Source: Pseudomonadota bacterium
GTDB lineage: Bacteria > Bdellovibrionota_C > UBA2361 > OMII01
DNA length: 45,546 nucleotides
Direction of reading: 5' to 3'
Assembly: GCA_043771805.1 (NCBI GenBank)
Contig: JAYVGZ010000122.1
Coordinates: forward strand, 1 to 45,546
The notes under the pieces are model-generated. The model was not told the origin of the DNA and did not search any database. It was given only the letters and a program-made list of their open reading frames with translations. Position 1 is the first letter of the stretch. Each line of letters starts with the position of its first letter. A program made the position numbers and the translations under genes. Positions 25,831 to 35,154 of the stretch are shown here, in pieces.

Positions 25831-28152
25831 GTGCTCACAAGCGGCTTCACTGATCTCATTGTATGGCTCCTTATTCTTGAGGTCCTGGGTTTCTGTGCAT
25901 TGCCGTACCTCGCTTGGATGCTGCCGAGTGCGACGGATCGTGGATACGGTGTTTCAAAGATATTCGGGATGTTTTGCTTCGGCATTTTGTCGTGGTTTTT
26001 GCCGGCGTGCGGGGTGATCCATGCAACCCGCGCATGGGTCACCATTATTTTCGGAGTGTGCCTTCTACTAGGGTATCGGGGTTTCACCGCGTCACCTGTG
26101 ATTAGGAAGGAGCTTTTCAGCGTTCTAAAAAAGCATGCCTTTTATGTTGAGGGGCTCTTTCTCGGGCTCTCACTCATATTCGCGCTTATTCGCGCGGCGA
26201 ACCCGGAGATCGTGTGGGGCGAAAAGCCTATGGACTCGACGTTTCTTCATTTTTTTACCCGAAATGAGGTACTCCCACCGCAAGATCCTTGGGCGGCGGG
26301 GCACAAGATGAGCTACTACTACGTGGGAATTTACTTTATTGCAGCTCTGCTCAAACTATCAGGGATTCCTGTCGCTATTGGCTACAATCTTGCCATTGCT
26401 TCACTGGCTGGTCTTGTCGCGGCGGCCCTCTACTCTCTTATGGGGCTTATAACCAGAAGCCCACTCTTTTCTTTCCTTGCGGCTTTTTTTATCACTTTCT
26501 CGAGTGATCCAGAGGTGCTCAATTTATGTGTATTGCAACGTCGTCCCGCGAGTTTCGATACCTTTTGGGCGTCCACTAGAGTTTTTACGTCTCCTTTTTT
26601 CTTTGAGTATACCTCGTGGTCTATGTTGTTTGCTGATCTTCATGCGCACGTAATATCGATTCCGTTTACAGTGCTTCTGACAACGTTGAGTGTGGCGCTT
26701 TTCTTGGATGGTGCGGCAAGGTTTACTCGCCACGGGATCGTCTTGCGCATTTCCGCAGGGGCGGTGTGGGGAGCTCTCTACGGTATCAACACATGGGACG
26801 CGATTACATTCGGTTTGGTTCTCCTCATTATACTCCTCCTTGCGCCTATTGCGCCGTTCTGGAAGCCTCCGGCATCACCATCAGGTAACATTCCTCTCTA
26901 CGAAAAAGTTTTCGCTTCTGGATTCGCCCGCGGTGTATCGTTGGTCTGGGACCTTGCTACGATAAGCGTTGGCTTCTTGGTCGTTGCGCTACCGTACGCG
27001 CTCCACTCGGGCGCTCAACAGCAGATATCATGGGGTTGGGCAACTGCACCTGAGTTCAATTCATTGGGACAACTCGTTGGAATGTTGGGGTACTGGTTTT
27101 TTGGACTCCTCTTTGCCTTTGCATTGCTCCTGTCCATCCGAAGTAAGAGCCTGGCCGAGTCAGTTTATTCTCACGGTATGTCTTTAGCGTCTATTGGGAT
27201 TGCTATTGGGAGTGGGATAATTCTTCTTCTGATTTTTTTCTGCCTCCCTTTTTTCAATGCCATTACCGGGGCGACTAACCAACCGTGGGGGATTTTCTCT
27301 ATGGCCGCCTTCCTCGGGGTTGGCAGTTGGTTCTTGCTGTGGCGTGCCTCCACTACGGACGTGCAGAAGGCCGAGCAGAAGGCCGCAGGGCTCTTCGTAA
27401 TTACCGGATCGCTCCTCATCGTCGTTCTTGAAGAGCTCTTTTTGATCGATAGGATGAATACTCTCTTCAAGGGATATCTTGCCGTTTGGATGTTGGTAGC
27501 TGTTGGTTGTTGTGGGGCTATCTTTTACGCTATTCGTGAAGTAAGTCGTCGAGGGCATCGTGCTTCGGCTTTCGTCTGCTCCCTTTTTCCACTTCTTGTT
27601 GTGTGCCTTTCTTTTATTGGCGCGGGGCTCAATATTGCTGGTGTTATTCGAATGCAGCGAGTCCCGACTCGGGATTTCACCTTAGATGGGGCTGCATACC
27701 TTCGGCATTCTGAATCAGCAGACGCAGCAGCTATTGCTTGGCTCAATGCAAACATCACGGGTACGCCGACTGTGCTTGAGGCTCAAGGAGATTCCTACGG
27801 AGAATTCACAAGAATCGCCATGCACTCTGGGCTCCCTACGGTGCTTGGATGGGAGCACCATGTCGGCCAACGAGGACTACCGCACGAGGATCTCGTAAAC
27901 CGAAAACAATCAATACGGCAGCTCTATTCAACCACCGATCTATCGTTTGCCAAAAATCTACTCCTTCAGCACCGTATCGATTTAGTAGTAGTCAGCCTGC
28001 TCGAGCGACAAACATATCCAGCGACCGGCTTAAGTAAATTTGAGACCAATCCGGACGTCTTTATTCCGCTTTATCGTTCTGGTGATGCAGCGATTTATGC
28101 GACGTACTTTTCTACCTATAACCCTGAGTACCGAGGTAATCTGAAGCCATGA
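25831..28152 (+). CDS. DUF2298 / TIGR03662 'Chlor_Arch_YYY' polytopic membrane protein (GT-C-like candidate)
   Basis: GEKPMDSTFLHFFTRNEVLPPQDPWAAGHKMSYYYVG contains the family's DPW...YYY signature. More than 15 TM helices plus a C-terminal soluble domain. GTG start. Confidence 0.75.
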   Translation: MLTSGFTDLIVWLLILEVLGFCALPYLAWMLPSATDRGYGVSKIFGMFCFGILSWFLPACGVIHATRAWVTIIFGVCLLLGYRGFTASPVIRKELFSVLKKHAFYVEGLFLGLSLIFALIRAANPEIVWGEKPMDSTFLHFFTRNEVLPPQDPWAAGHKMSYYYVGIYFIAALLKLSGIPVAIGYNLAIASLAGLVAAALYSLMGLITRSPLFSFLAAFFITFSSDPEVLNLCVLQRRPASFDTFWASTRVFTSPFFFEYTSWSMLFADLHAHVISIPFTVLLTTLSVALFLDGAARFTRHGIVLRISAGAVWGALYGINTWDAITFGLVLLIILLLAPIAPFWKPPASPSGNIPLYEKVFASGFARGVSLVWDLATISVGFLVVALPYALHSGAQQQISWGWATAPEFNSLGQLVGMLGYWFFGLLFAFALLLSIRSKSLAESVYSHGMSLASIGIAIGSGIILLLIFFCLPFFNAITGATNQPWGIFSMAAFLGVGSWFLLWRASTTDVQKAEQKAAGLFVITGSLLIVVLEELFLIDRMNTLFKGYLAVWMLVAVGCCGAIFYAIREVSRRGHRASAFVCSLFPLLVVCLSFIGAGLNIAGVIRMQRVPTRDFTLDGAAYLRHSESADAAAIAWLNANITGTPTVLEAQGDSYGEFTRIAMHSGLPTVLGWEHHVGQRGLPHEDLVNRKQSIRQLYSTTDLSFAKNLLLQHRIDLVVVSLLERQTYPATGLSKFETNPDVFIPLYRSGDAAIYATYFSTYNPEYRGNLKP

Positions 28153-30485
28153 CTCTCATTCTCCTACTGGGATTGATTGCTTTTCTTTGCTTTAGAATTG
28201 CAGCCCCTTTGTTTGAAACGACCTTCTTAATCTTGCTTGTAACGCCCCTACTATGGTTTTTGATCGGGTCGTTTTTGCTTGCTCTTGGTGTTTCTCTTCC
28301 TGGAGGTTCGACTGCGTTTGCAATCTACGCCGCGCTAATACTAGCCCTCATTGGATCGGCGTACCTTTTCTTCGGTGTTTCAAAGAGTAAACGTAGTATC
28401 GAGGATACACTCGCACTCTTCACCTTTGTGCTGGTGTTTTCAGTAGCGTATGCCTTAGCTCTCTCGTGGCCTGATTTCATCGCGATGGGCGAGCGACTCC
28501 GTGACTACTCTCTCCTCGCTTCCTCAATTGACTCGCCGATAATACCAAAAGAACCTTGGATGGCGGGTGCTGTGCTCAACTACTACGTGTATTGGTACCG
28601 CTTTGGTCACTTCCTCTCTTCTACACTCGGCATGCCGGTGTGGGATGTGTACCACCTTATGACTGCTTTCGCGCTTGCGTTCTACAGTGCTGTTCTTTAC
28701 CAGATCGTTCGGTGTGTTCTCGGAGGATCGATTCTAGTGGCGGGCGTTACGTCTGTTGTCGCAGCCTTTGGATCAAATATCGCCGGTTTTCTGCTTTGGA
28801 AACGCGGCGATGATAATTGGTGGGGGCCCTCGCGGGTCGTGAAGGGTGCCATCAATGAGTTTCCTGCGTGGTCATTCATCCTGGGTGATCTTCATCCACA
28901 CTTCCTTAACCTGGGGCTTTTGCCGTTCGGGATTCTTCTTCTTCACCGAATTGTTGCAAGTCGACAAAGTTCCCTCATAGTGGGTGTTTCTACTATACTG
29001 GTATCAGTGCTGGGCATCCTTTGGCTTTTCGCCAGTAACGCTTGGGAAGTTCCCATGTGGGTCGGTTGTATCGGCCTGGTAGCCCTTCTGGCTGCAACAA
29101 AGCGGTGGAGTCTCACCATTCGATGGTTACGAGATCGGCTTAGGGGAATGGCGCCCTTCGATGTCGTCAAGGCCGGCGTGTCTCTCGTAGTTCTATTCGC
29201 TGGTATCGTGAGTGTTGCTCTGTTAGGAGCGCAGAATTCATTTACTCTCAGTACGGTAGTTATTCTCGGAGCCGTTGCGTTCTTTTGTGCGTTCTTCCCC
29301 TATAAGACTGAGCTCGTTCCGTGGGTACGTTCAGCCCTCTCTGATCGGCGATGTCTGAGTCTTGTAGTCTTTGGTGGTATTTTGGCTCTCGCATTACGGC
29401 TCTCTAGCCGTCACATTGTGCCTGAGGGCGGGGCGTTGCATTTTGTTCGCTCTCCGATAGAGGTTACCCAAACATCAGAGCTCTTTCTCCATTGGGGCTT
29501 TCCACTTACGTTAGCTACGCTCGGCTCCTTATTCCTTCTCCGTCGCAATTCCGTTCGGCTGGTATGCTTGGCGTTGATAGGGTGCACTCTCCTGTTTGAT
29601 AAGGGCGCACTGTTTTTATTTGCACTCGGCAGCCTGCAGGTCATACGACTGATGTCGGTCGATCGACGGAGTCGCGAAATGTTTTGGGAAAATATCTTTG
29701 GTGATGCTCTCTTACTTGGTGGGCTTGGTCTTGTATTCCTTCCCGAGATTCTATTTCTCGACGATGCCTACGGTGGAGAGAATGAGCGCATGAACACCAT
29801 ATTTAAGATCTACACCACATCGTGGGCACTTCTTATGCTCGGTGCCGTTAGCGTTTTTACGCGCGGACTTACCGCGGTTTGCTACACCGCGCAGGGGTGG
29901 CCGCGGCTGCCAGGACTTCTTGCTTCTTGTGGATGGGCAACAGCAGTGGTTTCCATGGTTGTGACGCTCCCGTTTTTTTATCATGCAGCAAAGTTGCGAA
30001 TGCCGCGTACTAACATTGCGTCGATCGTGCCGGCTTCCGAAGGGTTATCAGAGCTCGATCAACGCTTTCCTGGTTCCGTAACAATTGTTCGAAAATTGCG
30101 GGAGGAGTCGAAAGGGGTTGTCCTTGAAGCGCAGGGTAATGCCTACGACTACACCTCATTCGTATCCACTCTGGCGTCCCAAACAGCCTTTCTCGGTTGG
30201 GCAAATCACATTAATTTGCTGACGAAAAAATTTAAGGAGGTGTCCGGTCAAGGGGAGGTGAGCCGCGAAGTTTCTCGGCGGGAGCAGGTTACGGACGCCT
30301 TCTACCTTAATTCCTCTTGTTTCAGCCGGCTCGCGACTGCTCGGGAGGAAGGGATATCGTTTGTCGTCATTGGATCAAAAGAGGTGCAAAAGTATCCGCA
30401 ACTTAGAAGTGCTGATTTTTCCTGCTTTACTGAACTAGCAAAGGATAGAGAGTACCGTCTATTTTCGACGACCATGACGCCTTAG
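28149..30485 (+). CDS. second DUF2298-family polytopic membrane protein (divergent paralog)
   Basis: GERLRDYSLLASSIDSPIIPKEPWMAGAVLNYYVYWYRFGH matches the same N-terminal signature. ATGA overlap with the upstream paralog. 778 aa. Confidence 0.7.
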   Translation: MTLILLLGLIAFLCFRIAAPLFETTFLILLVTPLLWFLIGSFLLALGVSLPGGSTAFAIYAALILALIGSAYLFFGVSKSKRSIEDTLALFTFVLVFSVAYALALSWPDFIAMGERLRDYSLLASSIDSPIIPKEPWMAGAVLNYYVYWYRFGHFLSSTLGMPVWDVYHLMTAFALAFYSAVLYQIVRCVLGGSILVAGVTSVVAAFGSNIAGFLLWKRGDDNWWGPSRVVKGAINEFPAWSFILGDLHPHFLNLGLLPFGILLLHRIVASRQSSLIVGVSTILVSVLGILWLFASNAWEVPMWVGCIGLVALLAATKRWSLTIRWLRDRLRGMAPFDVVKAGVSLVVLFAGIVSVALLGAQNSFTLSTVVILGAVAFFCAFFPYKTELVPWVRSALSDRRCLSLVVFGGILALALRLSSRHIVPEGGALHFVRSPIEVTQTSELFLHWGFPLTLATLGSLFLLRRNSVRLVCLALIGCTLLFDKGALFLFALGSLQVIRLMSVDRRSREMFWENIFGDALLLGGLGLVFLPEILFLDDAYGGENERMNTIFKIYTTSWALLMLGAVSVFTRGLTAVCYTAQGWPRLPGLLASCGWATAVVSMVVTLPFFYHAAKLRMPRTNIASIVPASEGLSELDQRFPGSVTIVRKLREESKGVVLEAQGNAYDYTSFVSTLASQTAFLGWANHINLLTKKFKEVSGQGEVSREVSRREQVTDAFYLNSSCFSRLATAREEGISFVVIGSKEVQKYPQLRSADFSCFTELAKDREYRLFSTTMTP

Positions 30486-30525
30486 TCATCGATAAGCGAC
30501 GGGATAAAATAACGTGCCTCGGTTC

Positions 30526-31599
30526 CTACTGCGGTAACAGTTGCGAGCGGCGTAACAAACTAGCTATTTCTTCAGCCGCTAGTCGGTGCCCGGCAATAGA
30601 AAAATGACGGTCTGAGGTAGTGTACAGTTCTTCAGAGGCTCGCGATCGAAACAGCTGCGTGAGGTTTACTGCCGGGAGTGCAGTGCTTCCCGCTATAGCC
30701 ATCGCAAGGTTCTCGTTTGTTTCATAGAGTTCAGGAGGAACACCTTCGACTTTTAGACGAGAGTCGTCCTGCACAATTTCAAAGGACGGAACAATGACGA
30801 ATGCAACGGATATGCCGTTCTTCTTTAGTAGCACCACCCCCTCGGTGATGAGTCGTTGAACCAAAGGAACACCGATCGCCCTATAGCGCTCGCTAGGGTC
30901 CGTCAAGATATGTGTATGATCCTGAAAAAAAGTGCTGTCGATCATCTTCTCGACGGTCGGCGATAGGAAGCTGCCATACCGAAACATGTTGTAGGCAAGA
31001 TTCAGACGAAAAGTCGGTACGTGATTGGTCACGTAGTTATCTACTCTTGGCTGGAGGGAGTTGTCGGCGGAGATTTCGTAGAGGTGATCGTTTACTACGT
31101 CCCCGAAATCGTTCCCCGCAAAAATGCTCCAGATTACAAGATCTGGGTGAAGTCGCAGAACATCCTCTTGAATGACCACGTACTCCTGATCCGGTCCGTA
31201 GCCGGTAATTCCAAGATTAAAGACCTCATATCCCTTGCCGAGCTGCTGCTCTAACTGCTTCGGAAACGTTTCTGTGGGTTCAACAGCTAACCCCATGGGA
31301 AACGAATCTCCGATAACGACTATACGGTAGGTGCCAGGGCGCTTTGCCCCGAATTCGCGATCTCGGTACCCCCAAGAATTGATAGAACGATTGGGCCAGG
31401 GCTTGACGCGGTACAAGCGCTGTCTGTCCAACTCAATACGAAGTGCCCCACGACCTTCGGGAAGACCTTTAAGTTGAATTAAATATGAGGCGTTGAACCC
31501 CCAGACCCGGAGAGAAAACTCACACATGCCAAGACTAAGCACCGTTATGCAGCACCATTTCAGGACGAAACGACCTGTGCTCTTCATGCCTGGTCGCAT
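30526..31599 (-). CDS. membrane-anchored SGNH/GDSL hydrolase
   Basis: Block I VVIGDSFPMG, block III AGNDFGD, block V SDRHFS (DxxH), and an N-terminal TM helix. The start was placed at the internal Met (31599) to avoid overlapping the upstream gene; the track ORF starts at 31680. Confidence 0.65.
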   Translation of the reverse strand: MRPGMKSTGRFVLKWCCITVLSLGMCEFSLRVWGFNASYLIQLKGLPEGRGALRIELDRQRLYRVKPWPNRSINSWGYRDREFGAKRPGTYRIVVIGDSFPMGLAVEPTETFPKQLEQQLGKGYEVFNLGITGYGPDQEYVVIQEDVLRLHPDLVIWSIFAGNDFGDVVNDHLYEISADNSLQPRVDNYVTNHVPTFRLNLAYNMFRYGSFLSPTVEKMIDSTFFQDHTHILTDPSERYRAIGVPLVQRLITEGVVLLKKNGISVAFVIVPSFEIVQDDSRLKVEGVPPELYETNENLAMAIAGSTALPAVNLTQLFRSRASEELYTTSDRHFSIAGHRLAAEEIASLLRRSQLLPQ

Positions 31600-31610
31600 G
31601 AAGGGCCACC

Positions 31611-33653
31611 CTATTTTATAAATCGTGATGTGTCCTTGGCTGTTAAAACTGTAGCATACGTGAATCCAGAGCTGTTCCACGGGTAATGATTAATGGAAAA
31701 GCGCAGAAACTTCCGTAGCGTCATCTGAGTAAAATCGGGGACCCACCATCCGCGAAGATTAACCGTTCGAGAGTAATATCCTTCGGGAACATCTCCCGGT
31801 GTAGGGGTCTCTTTAAAATCTTGTACAATGTAGGTGAAGTTCTTCTTTTCTTCAGGGGTTGCTGAGAAGCGGTATTCATTTGGAAGATGCCGAAAGTACC
31901 ATGTGAGCGGCCAGGTACCCTCGCCAGACACAAGTACCTTTGGTTTGTAGGCATTGCGCTCAAAAGAAACCTCCTCGACGACTTTCTTGGCGAAGTCTGC
32001 GATCTCATAGGTCGTATGTACTTGGCTCAGGTACTCGGTCTCTTTCCCCGCATACTGAAAATTAGTTTGGATTGATGCTCGGAGCATAAACAAGAACACA
32101 ACAATAGTTATAACGCGGCCTACGTTGAATCTGCCGAGATAGTTTCCGACGTAGTTGAAGAGTGCGCATATAACAAGAATCGCACCGAATGCAAGAAAGC
32201 CAAGGTTTTCGACAACAGTCGGAGCGCCAAGACTAAACTTCTGATTCGACCACTCAGTCCACTCTTCCAGAATGAAAAAAATACCAAAAATCATGCTGGC
32301 CATGCCCAGCCACAAGAAGGCCCGCTGAATGGGGTACCGTTTGTAGTCGACTGGATAGCGTTGAAAGTAATCCTGGAAGAAGAGCGTAAGGTACGGCAGT
32401 GAGTAGATCAATGGATAGAGGGTCAGCCATGGTACTTTCTCTCCGAGATAGCTGTATACGTAGAAGGTGGCGGAGAAAAAGTATGCGCAGGTCGCGAGCC
32501 CAAACTCTTTTCGGAGAAGATGGTGAACAGTGACTATTGGTGCATGAAACAGCAGAATAAAAAGACCCACTAGATCGTAGTAGTCTTTGAGTTTAAAAAA
32601 GCGCCAAACAGGCACCTGCTTTAGTTCAGAGCCCGAGGTTATGAGGCATGAGAGAATAAGACCAAATGCAACCATTGCGCCGACCATCTGAATCTCGGGG
32701 CGAGTTCTGCGATAAAAGAGGCACAGGTGCGTGATGAAGGCGACGAGAAGTGGAAGTTCGTACCAGCCAAGCACATAGAGGTGAAAGTTGAATGGGCCCT
32801 CAATGCGCTCCATTTCATGATGTTTTTGCCAATATTCGAATCCCTTTTGGCCGAGCCCTTCGATAATTCCCTCTGGATATCGGAACCCGGCGCTGTAAAA
32901 CCAGCAGTACACCAGAGCGGCAAAAATGAATGACCAGCACACTTCCCAGGGGTAAGTGGAGATATAAGCAACAAATCGCTCAGCTATGGATTTCTTTTCA
33001 CCTGGAAAAAATACAAATCGGAAAAGAGTTTCGAATGCGAGGTAACCGAAAAAGATAGCGACAGTTACGAACAAATTTTCTTTCGTGCACCACTGTATCG
33101 CGAGCCCGAGGCAAAACCAGAAAGCTTTCATCCTGGGCGGCGCAAGAAGGCAGCCGTATACGACCATCAGCATGCCTGAAATTACCCAGTAATCCTCTCG
33201 CAGGAAGCGCGACCAGTAAACGAGGGTCGGAGACAAAGCAACAAAAGCAGTGAGTATTAGAACTGTGGGCTTTTTGAAGAACTGGCGAAACAGGAGTGGA
33301 ATGAACAAAAACGCTGAGCCCATCAGGCATACAGGCACACGAGCCGCCCATAGTGAATCCCCAAAAGTAGCGTAAATAAGGCGCATGCTGTTGTACAGCA
33401 TCGGGCCGTGGAGCATCGGATCGTATTTGTAGAAATTACTATTAGGCCAGTCGTAGAAATAACGACCGTACATGCCGTGGAGTGATTCGTCGTGATGGTA
33501 GGGGCGCATATCGAGGAGCGTCCACCGAAGCAGGAGCCCGGCTACAATCAGGGCTGCGTAAAGCAACCATTCTGCAGCGGAAAAATACGAGGAGAGGCCT
33601 GTGCGATCAGGGGAACCCTCTGTGACATTTGTAGAAGTATCGGCATTATTCAT
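31611..33653 (-). CDS. TIGR03663 / Agl23-like polytopic membrane protein (GT-C-like)
   Basis: The N-terminal loop MRPYHHDESLHGMYGRYFYDWPNSNFYKYDPMLHGPMLY matches the HHDE...Y-x-YDP-x-HGP signature I recall for this family. 680 aa, about 14 TM helices. Confidence 0.65.
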   Translation of the reverse strand: MNNADTSTNVTEGSPDRTGLSSYFSAAEWLLYAALIVAGLLLRWTLLDMRPYHHDESLHGMYGRYFYDWPNSNFYKYDPMLHGPMLYNSMRLIYATFGDSLWAARVPVCLMGSAFLFIPLLFRQFFKKPTVLILTAFVALSPTLVYWSRFLREDYWVISGMLMVVYGCLLAPPRMKAFWFCLGLAIQWCTKENLFVTVAIFFGYLAFETLFRFVFFPGEKKSIAERFVAYISTYPWEVCWSFIFAALVYCWFYSAGFRYPEGIIEGLGQKGFEYWQKHHEMERIEGPFNFHLYVLGWYELPLLVAFITHLCLFYRRTRPEIQMVGAMVAFGLILSCLITSGSELKQVPVWRFFKLKDYYDLVGLFILLFHAPIVTVHHLLRKEFGLATCAYFFSATFYVYSYLGEKVPWLTLYPLIYSLPYLTLFFQDYFQRYPVDYKRYPIQRAFLWLGMASMIFGIFFILEEWTEWSNQKFSLGAPTVVENLGFLAFGAILVICALFNYVGNYLGRFNVGRVITIVVFLFMLRASIQTNFQYAGKETEYLSQVHTTYEIADFAKKVVEEVSFERNAYKPKVLVSGEGTWPLTWYFRHLPNEYRFSATPEEKKNFTYIVQDFKETPTPGDVPEGYYSRTVNLRGWWVPDFTQMTLRKFLRFSINHYPWNSSGFTYATVLTAKDTSRFIK

Positions 33654-33681
33654 ATTACGTCACCATCGAGTCAGGTGTATT

Positions 33682-34710
33682 TCAACTATGGGGCGATCTG
33701 TTCGGCTGTTCGGGGGCACTTTTCGGGCCAAGCGGCTCGCCCTGAACGCGGTCGATTAAATACAGCGGGCGTCGTTGCCCCTGTTCAAAAATACGACCGA
33801 CGTATTCTCCGAGTATTCCGAGGAACATAAGCTGCACTCCGCCAAGGAGGAGAATAGAGGCCATTAACGAGGTGTATCCTGAGTAGTTGATACCTAAGAT
33901 CTTTAAGATGATAACAACTATGATGTATAGAAAGGCGAAAGCAGAGGTGATTACCCCCATATAGGACGCTAGCCGCAGAGGGGCGTAGGTGAATGAAGTG
34001 ATCGCATCAACTGCGAGAAAGAGCGATTTACGAAAAGGGTACTTCGTCGTGCCGGCGAATCGTTCAGGTCGATTGTACGGTAGTGCGATCTGATGGTACC
34101 CGATCCATGAAACCATTCCTCGCACAAAGCGGTGACGCTCTTTGAGGGACTGAAGAGCATCCACTGCCCTGCGGTCCATGAGTCTGAAGTCCCCGGTATC
34201 CCGAGGAACGTGCAGCCCGGCGATATGCTCAAAGATCCGATAGAAGGCAAAGGCAAAGAAACGCTTCGCCCATGATTCTCCGAATCTCGTTTGCCGCTGT
34301 CCGTATACAACGTCGTAGCCGGCCCGCCATTGAGCAAGCATATCTGGAATAAGTTCTGGTGGGTCCTGTAAGTCTGCATCAAGGATTACGACAACTTCAC
34401 CGCGGGTTTGGTCGAGGCCGCACGTAATAGCGGTTTGATGGCCGAAATTCCGCGCCAGGCGAACGGCTTTAATGAAGGGAAGTTCTTCAGCAAACGTGCA
34501 GATAATGGGCCAAGTCGTGTCTTTGCTACCGTCGTCGATCAGCACTATTTCAAAGGGAAATTTGTAAGACGCCACAATTTCGGCTAGCCGACGCTTCAGC
34601 TCGGGTAGGACTTCCTCTTCGTTGAAGCAGGGAATGACGAGCGATAGGCTTTGGGGATCTCGATCCCTCGGCACTCTTAGTAAGCTTTGCTTGCTGATTA
34701 CGTCCGTCAC
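33682..34710 (-). CDS. GT2 polyprenyl-phosphate glycosyltransferase (ArnC/GtrB/DPM1-like)
   Basis: LSLVIPCFNEEE, IDDGSKDTT, DADLQDPPELIP, and two C-terminal TM helices. Confidence 0.85.
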   Translation of the reverse strand: MTDVISKQSLLRVPRDRDPQSLSLVIPCFNEEEVLPELKRRLAEIVASYKFPFEIVLIDDGSKDTTWPIICTFAEELPFIKAVRLARNFGHQTAITCGLDQTRGEVVVILDADLQDPPELIPDMLAQWRAGYDVVYGQRQTRFGESWAKRFFAFAFYRIFEHIAGLHVPRDTGDFRLMDRRAVDALQSLKERHRFVRGMVSWIGYHQIALPYNRPERFAGTTKYPFRKSLFLAVDAITSFTYAPLRLASYMGVITSAFAFLYIIVVIILKILGINYSGYTSLMASILLLGGVQLMFLGILGEYVGRIFEQGQRRPLYLIDRVQGEPLGPKSAPEQPNRSPHS

Positions 34711-34756
34711 TACAGTACCTGTGTCATCATCCTAAAATCAGCTTGGAGTCCTTGAA

Positions 34757-34929
34757 CCTAAAAACGGCAGTTGCGGTTCGCACAGCGGCGCAGCTGAATG
34801 AAATCGCTGCGGCTTTTCTGTTTTCCGTACTCACCCTGACGGTGCCAGGGTTCTGTGCGAAAAACAGAAAATCCTTTGCGCTTTCATTCATCTGCACCAC
34901 TGTGCCTCTCCTTAACTGCCGTTTTTAGG
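34757..34929. repeat. 173-bp hairpin-forming element with 16-bp perfect terminal inverted repeats and flanking TTGAA direct repeats (MITE-like, or a structured sRNA)
   Basis: cctaaaaacggcagtt (34757-34772) pairs with aactgccgtttttagg (34914-34929). ttgaa occurs at 34752-34756 and 34930-34934. Nested internal pairings include gcagctgaatgaaa/tttcattcatctgc and ttttctgtttt/aaaacagaaaa. Confidence 0.6.
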
Positions 34930-35154
34930 TTGAATGCAGCGGCAAGAAGCAACTACCCTTACAATACTCCACAAGGCAATGTCTAAATTGTCAGAGTCTA
35001 ACTGCCGTAATCCATCGTGACCATAAACTAAATTGATGCTCGAAGATCGTTTTACGGTGCAGAACTGGACGTTTTTAAACGAATGAACGATCATCCCCGG
35101 TTGAAGTTAGAGCCAGTGCCTCGAGATGGCGTTTTAAATTGTGAGTCGTAGCCT

